A DNA stretch of 64,000 nt from Iphione sp. A-MEVVRFRX5 (Eukaryota), in NCBI GenBank assembly GCA_976226885.1, contig OZ320323.1, positions 41,974,001-42,038,000 on the forward strand, written 5' to 3'. The notes beneath the pieces were generated by a model. It was not told where the DNA came from, did no database searches, and worked only from the letters and a program-made list of their open reading frames with translations. Shown one piece after another: positions 50,401-63,990 of this stretch. Within the stretch, counting starts at the first letter, position 1. Each line of letters starts with the position of its first letter. Both the position numbers and the translations under genes were made by a program.

Positions 50401-53400
50401 TTTCTGTTGATTGTGTGAACATTGCTGATGACCTGGCACCACGTACCCGCCTCTGTCCCACATCGGGACGGGGGGTGTACATGTAGATGTACATGTAGGT
50501 AGGGTTGTGTATGTATGCTAATGTGTGTGCGTACGCACAATGTGTATGGTGATCTATTCCTGTTGAATGTCAGACAGCTCACCTCTACCAACGTTTGCAG
50601 ACGCGGGCGGGAAGGTGTGTGTGTGTGTGCTTTGTTTATAAATGTACTCTATACATACATATAATACGTACGTATTACGTACATATAAGCACACAACCAT
50701 TGTGAAAGATGTTAGCGTGCTAAAACCAGTTCTGGACCCCACTGCTTGCTTTCAACATACACACATATACACCCACTCCCTTACACACACACGCACGCAC
50801 AGAGTGACAGATGTGCACTCATCAGCTATCATTAGCTGGAGCCGCAATATTCATACATAGTCCGACGCTGAGCTGGTGTGGTCACATGTCCACGTTACAT
50901 CTCCCCCCTCCCCCCTCCCTTTTCCCTCTTGGCATGCCTAATACCCCACACTAAAACCCCGCTTATACCCTAGCGTGCAGGCTGCCAACCACTTAAGGTG
51001 GGCCCTTCCCTGCCGTGGGCCCCGACCCAAGGCCAGCGAGAAGCCTCCCTCGCCACCTCCTCCTCCCCCTCAACCAACACCCCCCCCAACTCTCACGCCT
51101 ACCCCCATCCTACCAGCCCATCATCAGCCCGCGGCACCCAGCTGGTCAATCTCAACGAGACACGAATCGCCGGCAACCAGTAGATGCAGCAGGAGGAGGA
51201 GGAGGAGCAACCAGCAATGATTGCTCATGTCGGGATCTGGGTTAACGTTCGCCCTAATCATACTGGGCTCTGAACTACAATACTGTCCAAAAAAAGAAAG
51301 AAAAAACTCCCCAAAACACTGGCATAATAAGGCAAGACCAGTAATACAAACGTTACTTTGTCAACGAGACGACTATGTGCTGCTGGATGCAGTTAGTAGG
51401 GTGACGCTGGGACTGTTATGCAAAAGTGACCGTCAACGTGTTAGGCGATGGTAAATGATGCAATCCTCAGCGGGCGGGGTGGGGGGGGTTCCTGCCTTTG
51501 GGTTAAGGCCCTTCTGCTATATAATCTCAATGAAGGCCCGTCCTGCTGTGCGTACGACTTCCCACGCCGTCCCCGAGTGTCCCCCTTTAGCGCCTTTCGT
51601 AGAGGTCCTAATCTCATATATTATTCTCCCCGTCGTCCATGAGAGCTAATGTCTCCCTCTGCTGCTCCACTTTTTCTAACACCTGCTGCACCGTGGCAGT
51701 CTCTCGTAAGCGGAATGGACCCATGTGGGGGGGGGGGGATGGGCCGTGAGACCCAACAACCCTTCAACGCAAAGAGAGTGGGTCTCATTGGCGGTCTCAT
51801 TGGCTGTTTCCATGGTGACCTTTCGCTCCATCAATGATATTACGTGCTTTATACAAGTGTGTGTGTGTGTGGGGGGGGGGGGAGTCGTCCATTATTCAGT
51901 GTTTACATGTAATTGAATTGTTTACAGTATTAATCAAACTATAATTGAAAAGACTAAGATAACCGTTAGAACTGCAATTAAGTTCATATTTCTTGCCATC
52001 TTGGGCCAACATGCAATGTATGTCCACTCTACTGTATTACTCGCCACATGGGACTCCTTCTCTAAATGTAATTTAGAGGTCCACTCAAATACACTACCAT
52101 CCACACTGGCGCAACATATAATGTAGGTCCAATTTCTTCTGACGGCCCTACATACAATGCAGCTCTACTCTTGCGTACTTCTCTCCACATTGGCCCTACA
52201 GACTACCGCTTCAATGTATGTAAACTCCCATTTCCATATACTACTCGCTCGAATCATATCGTTGTGTTACGATCTCAAGGCTGGGTCTCCCTGGATCCGT
52301 GTACCGTGTTTTCAGCACCGTGGAGCATCGTGAATATAACAGACCGTGTTAACCCTAAATAGTAACTAAACTTACGTAGAGCCTTAAATCACTCCTGTTG
52401 TTAATCATAGTTCCCATTCAAAAAAAAAACATGCATGCTTTTGAAAACACGGTGGAATGGGAATAGTCCCATTCCAAAACATATGCTACACAGAGGCACT
52501 GAACATACTACACAGAGAAACTCCTGGTTATAGCCATAGTCCTTTATCTCCTACAATGAAAACACACTACAGGGAGACACAGAGACACGGCGACGTGGAG
52601 GCTCAGCCTAAATAGCCCCTCTCCCCACCTACTCTCATACATTATTCTCCAGCCCACTCCTGCATAACCCTCCCTTACTACTCTTCGTACTTTTTCTACG
52701 GAAATATACACTGACAGTTGCAGGCTGACCGTTGGTCACACCAGGGTCATAATTTGTAAACAGGAGCTACCTAGTTGTGAGTGCGATGGACGGGGGAGAG
52801 GCTTTACATCGGAAGAGCAGGCAGAATTTCCTTCCCCCTACAAATGGTGTAGGCGAGAATTTTACTACTGCTTATCTGAACTGATCAGCACACACATGTA
52901 CATGTATTTCAGAACAGATGCCACAGAAAGATAGACTGAAATGTACTAATACAACTTAAAACTTCACGAATGCCCCCCAAACATAATAAGGTAATTATAA
53001 TAAGGTAATGTTCATTAATTCCCTCCCCTTCCGTGCACTCATAATAAGGTACTTAAGATGAAGTACACTAGCCCCCTCCCCTACACACACATACACACAC
53101 GCGCGCACGCACGCACACACAGTGTACAGTATTTAAAATGAAGTTAACTAATGTTTCCCCTCCATGCACCCCTAATAAGGTGCTTAAAATGCATGGTCCG
53201 GCCGGCTGGTCTTCTCTAGTCTCAGCCGTGGATCTATTCCGTGTAATCTGCTGGATTGGAGCAGGCAGCTGGGTCGACTCGCGCAGATTTCACTACTAAA
53301 AATGCCCCTCTTTCCTCCAATGGCACTCAGTTCAACACCCCCCCCCCTTACTCCCCCAAACGCTTGAAGCACTCTACAACAACAGGAGAGGTTATCTTCT

Positions 53401-56400
53401 CTGTGAGCCTACTAGGTATGACATAGAGTTTGCACTAAAAGATATGCATAATGTTAGCAGGGGTATGCTTCTTGATGTTAAATAAAAGTTGTGAGAGATG
53501 TTCAGCTATCTGAGAGGCTGGGAGATCCAAGGTGGGAACGGGCGAAATGTGACGGTGTATGAGGGGTAGCATTGATTGTTGGCGGGGGGGGGGTCATACG
53601 TTGTGTGGTACCTGATCAAGAGTGTGTGTGTGTTTGTGTGTATGTGCGCGCGTGGGTGTGGTTGTGTGTATGTGGGTGTTCGCGTGAGAACAGCATGCTG
53701 TGAAAGACAGCAGCCTTGGTGGATATGTTTTACAGCACCTGACAAGGGGCTGCGTGGGTTGGGCCAGTGGGTTGGGGTTGGTAGGGTGCGTTGTGGGTAG
53801 GTGGGTGGGTGGGTGGGTGGGTGTTGTGAAGGACAGCCAGGGGCGCTGGTGACAGGAAAGACCTTGTTCAGCGGTCGCGTTCACATGACAGCGGTCCCTG
53901 TGTATCGAAGGTCGGCCGCCGGGTGCGCTGCCAAGAGCGCCGCCTGGTGAAAGCCAAGCTGGTGTTGTGCCTGAGACTGCTGCCGTCTGACAGGTACGGA
54001 TACGTGGCGTAGGAAGCGCCCCCTGCCGCGCGCCGCAAACACCAGCTGTCACTACTGTTCACTGAGCAGCAGAACGGACGGCCGGGCAACAATCGCCAAC
54101 ACCATTCAAAGGCAGAGCCACGTCGACAGGAGATTGGTCGTCTACGGACTTCTGTTGGAGGTTGGCTCTTTGGGGGGGGGGGCGCTGTGGGCGGGCAGGT
54201 GGGGCTGTGTAAGGGGCGGGTTGGGGACTGGCGCCTTCCATATAACAGCGGCGCTGATGTCCAAGCCGTGAGCTTTAGTGATTGACGTAGAGGGGGGGGG
54301 GGAGGAGGTGATGCTATTGAACCAAGGGAGGAGGGAGAGGGAGCGGGAGGGGGAGGTTTCTTAGTGCTAAGCCCCCCCCCCTCCCCCCCAACGCCCGCCA
54401 CCACCACTTGCGACCACCAGGTAGCGTGCACGCCAATCCTGTCTCAGGGTAACCTCGGAAACAGGTGATGGGTAAGTGCTGCAGAGCAGAGATGACCAGG
54501 AGGAGGGCGAGGAGGCATAAAAGGAGAACCGGCAGGGAAGCAGGAAGAGTGGCAGAAACGGGGAGGGGAAGGTAAAGAGATGAGGAGGTGGTAAAGAGGA
54601 GGGTGAGTGCTGTGGAGGAGAGGAGGCGACCAAGAGGAGGGCAAAGGAGGCATCAAGAGAAAACTGAAAGAGAAGGAAGAGTGGCAGTAACAGGGAATGG
54701 AAGGTGGAAAGAGATGAGGAGGCGGTAAAGAGATATACCTGCAAGAAGGCCGCAGGGGCAGAATGATCATAAAAGAGAATGGGAAGATGAAGAGCCGATG
54801 AAAAGGACGACAAGAGGTAGGAGGGGGGAGAAATGTGGAAGTGGCAGGGGCATAAAGATGGTGACGACAGAGGAAAAGGCAGTAGAGGCAGGAGAGGAGC
54901 TGCGGGGGGGCGGGGGGATAGGCGTAGATCTAACAGTCAAGAAAGGCAGGTGACAGAGGCAATAATGTTAAGGCGATGTTAATGTGCCATAATGACAATA
55001 TGTTGGCAGCTGACCGTTAGGGGTGGTTTTCTGTTTCTACAGGCAATGCTGGCCTCCTTATACGTGCGGGTTTTACACCAGAAAAGGGGGTGTTGGTCGA
55101 GTCAGAGGTGGGGGGGGGGACATGTTGCGGTTGGTGGGGGGTACGTGGTAGTGGTGGTGGTAAATGGGTTGGTGCGGTCTTGTATTGGTGTTAGGTATCA
55201 AGCTATACAAGGGATCATCGTCAGTAAGCTCCTGTTTCTCTGCTTGTTGTGGTTCGCGTCAGGCGGGAAGGCGTGGGCGGCGGTCTGTGGGAGGTGAAGG
55301 TGGTGCGTGTACGTGCGTGTATGTATGTGTGTACGTGACCCCGCGTTTCTATGGCCCTGTCCTCATCCACGGCGGCGTGATGAGACAGTGACGGCGAACT
55401 CCCCTTTTGAAGGCACACGAAGAGACGCCGTGAGCGTGACGTGGCAAGGCGACGACGAGCGGCAGAGGTTGGAACTAAAAGGGATCGTCGCGAGGATGGC
55501 CGACTGCTGGGAGCGTCTCCGAGGTCATCCATCACTTCCGGTGCACGAGGCTGCGGGCATGAGACGGAGCCTGCCACACGCACCGCATTGAGGCGCCACT
55601 TACCTCCTCCCTACCACCGGTCTGTCTGTCTGTCTGTCTGTCCCTGTCACCTCTCTGCTCTCCCTCTCTTTAATCCCACTTTGTTTACCTCTTCTTCCTT
55701 CCTAACTTTTTTTATATATCCTCCTCTCCTCTCTGTAGCTGTATCCTTACTCTCTTCCTCCACTCTTTCCTGTCTCTTCTCTCCTCTCACTCATCTACCC
55801 TTCTTGTCTCTCCATCCATTCCCTTCCACTTCTGTCCGAATGCTTCCTCCCTCTCCAACCACTCTTCACCCACCTCATCTCTCTTCCCTCCACATCCCGT
55901 GCTGATCCGGATGATATGCACAATTCACACAGACACACAACTTACACCCCGACCCATGCTGCTGTCAATTTACACAGTGACCAATAGTCTTACCACGGAG
56001 TAGCTGAGGGAGGGGTACCAGCATGAGATGGAGTAGGCATGGGCACCAGGCTGACAGGCTTCCGACACGTCCGACGCTAGCACTACCCTACATCTTCTTC
56101 CCCTGTCCAAGACAAGAACTGTTCCCCTCCCCCCCCCCTCTCTTACCCTCCTCGACCAGCCTTCATTTTCTCACTTATCGCTGCTGAGCTATCCCTTGCA
56201 TCACCAACTGGCCTGCCCTTTCTCTATTCCTCAAACTCACAATGTTCACCACTTCCTCCTGCCGTCTACTCCAATCTTCTCCCCCGGATCGTCCCCTGTA
56301 GCGCCAATCTTCCACCATCTCCTGCTATAACCAGTGTTCCCCCCTCCCCCTTCCTTCTTCTACAATCACCTTCCCCACCCATCCACCTACCCACCCACCC

Positions 56401-59400
56401 ACCCGGCCGCCCCCGCCGCGTCGACGCTTATTGTTTGCACTGATGAATTTTTTATGTCACCGTTTGCTTTGGTCCCTCGACTCACCTTGGCATGCGTTAA
56501 AAGTCGTCTGCTCCCCCTCCCTCCCTTTCTGTGTTCCTTGTCGTCCTACACCGCTTGCCTCTCCCATTATGTCCTCGTTCCATCAGAGCCGCCAGCCGCC
56601 ATTTTTGACCTGCTCTTCCCGATCCTGTTGTCGTTATATTTTTTTCACTCCTCCTCCTCCCAAGCTGCTTCTGCCACTGACAGTTGTACACAATGTCAGT
56701 AGGACCTGAACCAAGACCTGTTGGGTCAGCCTGCAATACTGCCACTACTTAGCCTAATAACACGGAGAGAAATTCCACCTTATCATAGTGTAATTGCAAC
56801 TGCCATGTGAAGATTTAGCTTAGGGCTCCTACATGAGAAAAATGCCACTTGATGGTAGCACTGTTATAATAGCCACTTTTACGAATGAATGGCACATCGA
56901 CAGGCTACATCACAGACCGGAGCGTGCTGAGTGTGCACGCAGTATCACTAACATCTGATCCAGAAGCTTTAACTGAGCAATACCGGCTTATCGATTCCTT
57001 ACATCCAGAGGCAGGTGAGCGGCAAGAACGAAAAGAATCTGTTGAGATTAAGAAACAGGACTGGATCCCCCAAACAGATGGGAATAATATGGAATTAGAG
57101 TGTGACATGTAAGTCGTGCCTAATCTGGAAGTATCACGCCTAAAATAGCTACATAAGAATACAGATAAAGGTATGGCCACGAACACAATGACACCCTTTG
57201 GTCAAAATACTCATGGTTGTACTGATGACGTCTGCGCAGGTTCTGATGACGTTGAGCTCACTAAATTCTTGAGGACAAAGCCAACCACTGTAGTGGTGCA
57301 CTAATCGCTAGGAGCGCGCCATTCACCGGGAAAGTAGGACAGTTTCAGTCATGGTCATAATAACTGCTACTTCTCCCGTGTCTATTAACCAGAGCTGCCC
57401 CCCCCCCCCCGTGAACATTCATCTGGTGGTTGTATATATAAATATATATATATATATATATGTGTGTATGTGTGTAGTTATTCTTGGTTGGCTGTGAGGA
57501 TTCCATATGCAATAACATCAGATAGAACCCAATCTATGGTAACAGATGCTTCCTAACCGTACAAAGGTTGAAGCACAAGGTCATCTAGACATGTAGCACA
57601 AAAGTCAAAAAGCAAGGTCAATTCCAGTAAAAACAGGTCAACCGACAAGGTCAATTGCAGTACAGAAATAAAGTGAGATGGTCACGAAAGTTACAGGTTA
57701 AGGTAGAGATACTTCCTGTGAAAAAAAATGGAAAATTTCTCTTCTCTGCTGTTTCTGATGACAGCAGAGAATTCAGATGGCCACTGGCTATAAAGCCACA
57801 CGTCCGACCACACACGTTGAACAGTGTGGTATAACCAACAAGATGAATGCACACAAGGATAGGCAACGCCTAATCTGTTGGTGCAGAAATATGCCGGAGC
57901 AGAAATACGATGACTCCACAATATTGAGTAAACTAGCATCCTATGTAAACTATGAGCAAGACAGCTCCCCCCCCCCCTCCTCCCAGTATATGCAAAGGGT
58001 ATGCTTGACTGCAGCTGGTATTTCCCTGCTCACATCCAATAATCAACACTGGTGCTTTGCTCAAGCACACACGCACACACATATACACAACAGTGCCGCC
58101 ATCTTGTCGTACCGTAAACACCCTCGCTGGAGCTGCTCTTTCTATTAAAAGTGATTCGAGCAGCTCCTACATATGGAACTCTCTACCTGTTGAAGGTCAC
58201 CAACAGACCTAAGAGGGAGAGGTCGAAGGTTGTGGGTATACATTCAAATACTAACAGCACCTGCAGAGGGTCAAAGAGAGGAAACCTTAGTGAGGTCAGG
58301 AGCTGTAGGGATCACATGTACTTCTATTACAAAAGGTTTCCGCAGAGGAACATACCAGAAAGGAGACCTCACAATGAAATGAGCTATAGGTTCGACCTGG
58401 ATATAAGGTTTCCACGTAGCAGGAATTCCTACCGTAATTCTCTTTAGGGAAACAGAGAAAGGAAAGCTCCATAAACCCCGGACCTGCATGTGTGGCTTCT
58501 AGAACACCACAATTATACGCACGCACACACACTGACATCCAATCACCATATACGTATACGTACGCACGCATACGCACGCGCACGCACACACAGGTTTACG
58601 GTACTTGTCCTTATCCGCTCGCCCGTGGGTTTGTCCCATCATGGCAAGGAAGTTGCTGTACAGGGGGGCAATACATCCTGTACCGCTCTGGTTACCGCTA
58701 TGTTAGAGGCCGACGGACCAGCGGTGATGAATAAAACAGCAGACTTCGGTCCGGCCTGGGAGCAGGCAGGGGCCGCCCGCGACGGGGGGGGGGGAGGGGG
58801 GGTTACGCACCACTAGGTCTTTATTCTCCTACTGATGTTTTTTTTAAACAAACACCAGCATTATTTTTGTTTCGTTTTTTTTTTTGGTTTCGGGCAGAAA
58901 GGGTTGTTCAGCTTTATCGATGTTGCTCTCCCCCCACTTGCGGTCCGTGTGTGTGTGTGTGTCCTGTGGAAGTATGGCCTGAATGCAGCAATACAGAAAC
59001 AAGCAAACATAATACAAGGCAAAGGTCTGGGACTGCGGTAAAGTAGACAGCAGGTCTAAGGGAGAACAAATTCTGACTTCGGGACAACGGTAATGTAAGA
59101 TTTGACCTGAGGAATATTACAAAGTTGTAGGCATTAGGACCGTGATGAAATAAAGCCCTATGGCTGTGTTAAAACCATATTATACCTTGGGACTAAGGTA
59201 ACCCAATACCACACCTCAGGACTACATCAATGACTACGGTAATCCAAGACTACACCAAGGACCGTGTTATACCTATAGATACTAAAACCAAGACTGTGGT
59301 ATACCAAACTTACACCGAGGGACTGTCTGAAGCCAAGGGACAACCTGAGGGCTCCTGCAAACACGTTCTTACGAATATGGTGCTACACACAGACTGTGGT

Positions 59401-62093
59401 AAGCCAAAGGGCCTTTTAGGACTGTGGTAACCCAAGCAGGTCCTCCGTAATTCCCGGCGAGACGTCCCGTGGCCATGGCCGGAATACGTCTTCACAACAG
59501 AGGTCATCTCACGGGGTCATCTGGGAGCTATAAGGCCTAGAATGCATCCCTCCCCAGACGGATGGAATGTAGATCTTACTGGTTGAAGTGCAAGAAGACC
59601 GCACGGGAGACCGGCGGTGTCTGTATTCTACAGTCCTGAAGAGCTTGACGCAGAACAAGCTGGACAGTTAAGTGGGACCAAGCTAACATATCACTTACGG
59701 ACAGTCCTTATATGGAAGGAACCCCGAAGGTTAACCCAAGGATATTGATTATACTGATCTTCACAACTTCGTAACTGTTAAATATTCACTCATTGTTTAA
59801 TGAATACTCTTTTTTTCTACTGATAATACCGCTTATTCAATTTACGTCAGAATGTACGTGTTCCATTTCAGAAGGCCTTCCTTTTCCCCTTTAGAAAATG
59901 TGTTTGGAACGAAAGCAATGAATTAATCTTAATAATATGCATATATAAAACACCTCCCCTCACTCCCTCACTCCCATCCGCAAATGTCCAACTTAACCAG
60001 CTACTCTCTTGGAGAGTAGATACCCGCTTAGAAACGTCTTCACACAGAAGTAAAACAGGGCGAACCTTTTTCTTCTGAGGAAGGAGGCATCCATTTGTGT
60101 ATCTCATTTCGTCTTTTGTGATCTTCTTGATGATGGGCGGATCAATAGACCTAATTTCACGCGACCCACGAGAGAATAACTGCCCCCTGCTGGTGGGGGT
60201 TGTCCATTCGTGATAGGACTGTGAACGCTACCCACGAGGCGAAATGCCTTTAACAAGATATCATATCTTTTCTTAATATTTCCAATATTTTTTGCCATCC
60301 GTGATGAAACGGTTAGCAAGGAATATTCCCTTTCATTAACAGGACTGAAATAAGTGAGCTAACATAGTATAAAATAGCACTGCCAACAGCAAGTAGATCT
60401 CTTTAATTAGAAGGCTACAGGGAACTCTGCTTGTAGTGAGAACTTACATAGACATGTATAATCCATGACACCAAGGTTGTGAGTAACACATTTAAGAGAT
60501 GTACTGTTTTTAGCAGCGATTTTCAAATCAAATCTTATCGATGAATATACGTTAATCAATCGTTTATTCTAGCAGAAAATTGATCGTTGATAAAAAAAAC
60601 ATGCACAGAAAGGCACATCTGTAATGCTGCTTATAGCAAATAATCCTTTTTATAGAAGGGATATTTAAACCACTGTACTAGGAAATGCTTGTGAGGAAGA
60701 AGTCAGGTACCTCTCTTTGTCTGGGGAGGATGTGATAATGACTACCCGTCTTTCCCTCCATCCTTGTCAGAGTTTGACGGTGCGGCCCTCTAGAATTGAC
60801 CAAGGCTGTGCCACCAAAGTCGCCCCCCTCTCAACCGCCCGCCCGCCCTCCCTCCCCTCCTTCCTTCCCTAGTGCTGCGGCCTCAATTTGCGTAGACAAT
60901 CTATAGAGTGTGACCAATTAGGCTGTGCATAAAGGGGGAGTTAACGTAACAGCCGCCAGGGCCACGCACGGGTAATGACTAGTGTTCCTTTTACCATGAG
61001 CCCTCCCTCTCCCCCCGCCCCCAACCTTCCATTCACTCTTTACCACCCCTTAGACCGGTGTGGTATGGTAGCCAGTTCGGGCAGCGCCCACCCCTTAAGA
61101 TCATTTTAATAAAATATATTAAACACGAATATATTAGGCATCAGTTTATCTAGTGTGGCTTTCCGCTGATTATTACTACACGTCCGGGTGATTCGGCATT
61201 ACTTTAATATAGTCACTCCATCCATATTTTCTGACTTACGTCGTTCAAAATCATTTCTCCACTAGGTCTACAAAAGACATATGGCTGTGTGTGTGTTGTG
61301 TGTTGTGTGTGTATGTGTCCGCGCCTGTGCTTGACAGAATTAAACCATGGGCGTCTTGGCGCGCTACACCAGCTCAGTCCCGGAAGGCGAGAAGCCAATC
61401 AGGAGAAGCCAGAGCCGAAGCCACTGTAGTGTGGCGACTTTGGCGCCATCCTGACTGCTCGAGCAATTTAAATCACTCAGGCTGCCCGTCTGAAAGTCTG
61501 TCCCACGTGTCCTTAAGATAACTGGAGGCGCGCGCGCGCCCCCGTGTGTGTGTGGAGGGGGCCGATGATTGGATGTGCGTGTATAAATTGTAGTGTTCTA
61601 GTTTNNNNNNNNNNNNNNNNNNNNNNNNNNNNNNNNNNNNNNNNNNNNNNNNNNNNNNNNNNNNNNNNNNNNNNNNNNNNNNNNNNNNNNNNNNNNNNNN
61701 NNNNNNNNNNNNNNNNNNNNNNNNNNNNNNNNNNNNNNNNNNNNNNNNNNNNNNNNNNNNNNNNNNNNNNNNNNNNNNNNNNNNNNNNNNNNNNNNNNNN
61801 NNNNNNNNNNNNNNAGCGAGAGGGATGGAGGGAGAGAGGGAGGGGCGGTGGATATAGAGTAATATGTGCGTACGGCTTTGTATAGTTATGGTGCGAGAGC
61901 GTCACGGCCTCTCAGATGATTTATGTTCTTGTTTCTGTGCGTGTGAGTGCCCACACACACGGGAGGGATTGCTGTATGTGTGTGATGAACCTGATATGTA
62001 TCTCTGTGTGAGCTTCACGGTGTATCCTGTCTGAGGCGTGTCCTAGTTTCTGGTTCCTTGTGAGTGATAGCCATATTTTGATTTTTGTGTATG

Positions 62094-62154
<61 letters not shown>

Positions 62155-63238
62155 AGCCGATAACCTGGGAGAGAACCTTCAAGCGGCTCCTACATCATGA
62201 TCTTCACCTCACTTCCGAAAGCAGGGGAAAAATATCAGCAATTTAATCTGTCTGCCACCGCGCCTGCCATATCCAATATCTGCATTTCATCAGCCATATT
62301 GCTTTTTTTTTCTTTTTTCTAATCAGGTCAACCCTTTTCCAGGCCATTTTGAAATTGGATCGTTGGATATATCTGATCTCACACGGTTCCTTCTCATGAT
62401 GTATATGTAAAACCTTGTTTCTGTCTTGACACATGAAGGTGCTCCTTCATCTGTTCCCCAAATCGGCTACACCGTATTACTTATCTCCATCCTCCCTCCC
62501 CCCTCCCCCACGGCCCGCCCGCCTGCTCGGGGGTCTGTCAGAAGAGTTGACGCCTCGACCGCTCAATCAAACGCTACGGGGGGAGATCACTGGGACGATA
62601 CCTTCAAAAGCTCTATGGCTCCATCGGGGAAGTGATCTATTGGTTACCACTGCATATAAAGTCGTCCGACAGCCTCGTCTCCCCCACCATCTCTCCAATC
62701 CTCCCGCCCCCCCCCCACCACCTCCCCGGCATCATCCCTTCAGTTCGGGCTGATTCATCTTCAGTTTCCCACGCTCGTTGGCCGCTCCCGCCGCCGCCGC
62801 CGCAGCCTCAACAAGCGTTGTAGGACCGTCCCCGTGCATCCTTCCTGCGACGGCAGCGCCCTCTGTGTATCATGGCGGCAGTTAAAGGATGGGCCCACCA
62901 GGAGCTCTCCAGGCCAGGGAGCTGCATCCATAATTCAGAATGGTATTATTTACAAACGGAACGGCCCCGGCCGTGCTCCCCTGTTGGGATTCGCCGGTTG
63001 GTATATACACATCCTGGCAGCTTATCATAATATAGTTTACCGCGGTCTCAACGTGGACTACAAGCATGTAGACTATCAGGCTCTGTTTAAGGCTGACTAC
63101 CACAAGCACAAGCAGGATTAATAGCACGACCGAAGCTTGTCCTGCGGAACGATATTATACAAAAACGAAGCGCCGTGCGTTGGTGCCCGTTGGTGCTTCC
63201 AAACTGCTGCTGGGGTCTGATATCTACTGGCTATTGGG

Positions 63239-63590
63239 ATGTGACAGTGGGAATACATTATCTCCCAATGTTACAGGGGGAGTGTATTATCTCCCCATGT
63301 TACAGTGGGAATACATTATCTCCTCAGTGTTACAGTGGGAACACATTATCTCCCCAGTGTTACAGTGGGAACACATTATATCCCCAGTGTTACAGTGGGA
63401 ATACATTATCATCCAATGTTACAGTTGGGATACATTTTCTCGCCAGTGTTACAGTAGAATACATTATCTCCCAATGTTACAGTGGGAATACATCAGCTCC
63501 CAGTGTTACAGTGGGAATATATTATCTCCCAGTGTTACAGTTGGGATACATTTTCTCCCTAATATTACAGTGGGAATACATTATCTCCCA
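63239..63590. repeat. ~29-30-bp minisatellite, about 12 copies
   Basis: Unit TGTTACAGTGGGAATACATTATCTCCCCAG. Confidence 0.9.
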
Positions 63591-63830
63591 AGTCATGACT
63601 GTTTGAAGATGTTAGGGTCAGACACCTGTCTACAGGACTCCTGACTAGTGACAAATGAATCCCCGTACTCACGATGACAGAGCCTGTTACCTGCAAAACT
63701 GAAATACTGATTTCTGAGGAGTGACATTGGGAACATGTGTCTTCCAACCAATGTTTCAATATGGTGGTATTTGATACCATACCTGTGTATAGCGCAACGT
63801 ACAACTGGGATATGACAAAAACACTGACTA

Positions 63831-63990
63831 CTTAGGCCTAATTTAAATGCAGAAGAAGTGGCATCGCCGAACACAATTATTGTTTTCAGTATCCATTAAC
63901 AATGAGAGAAAAAGAAAATAAACCCAACCTACCTACCGACCCTACATTTTTTCAACATGTCACCGGAAACACAGGTTTATTTTTGCCTTA
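63831..63990. mobile_element. Possible Harbinger-like MITE
   Basis: Bounded by TTA-GGCC...GCC-TTA. Its right end GGAAACAC..TATTTTTGCCTTA resembles 5470-5498. Confidence 0.4.

Noticed and set aside
52311-52328. REST/NRSE-like TTCAGCACCGTGGAGCAT
   Set aside because: The right half-site departs from GGACAG, so it is too weak on its own.
61442-61465. Plus-strand GAILTA resembling the CaMKII GAILTTM exon
   Set aside because: Wrong strand, diverges after five residues and has no matching splice sites.
62834-63121. Plus-strand 95-aa ORF ending DYKHVDYQALFKADYHKHKQD
   Set aside because: No recognisable family, and it is plausibly the antisense shadow of the hydrophobic minus-strand frame. Not excluded.
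63175-63644. ORFs with repeated LQWEYIIS or QCYSGNT peptides
   Set aside because: Translations of a ~30-bp minisatellite.
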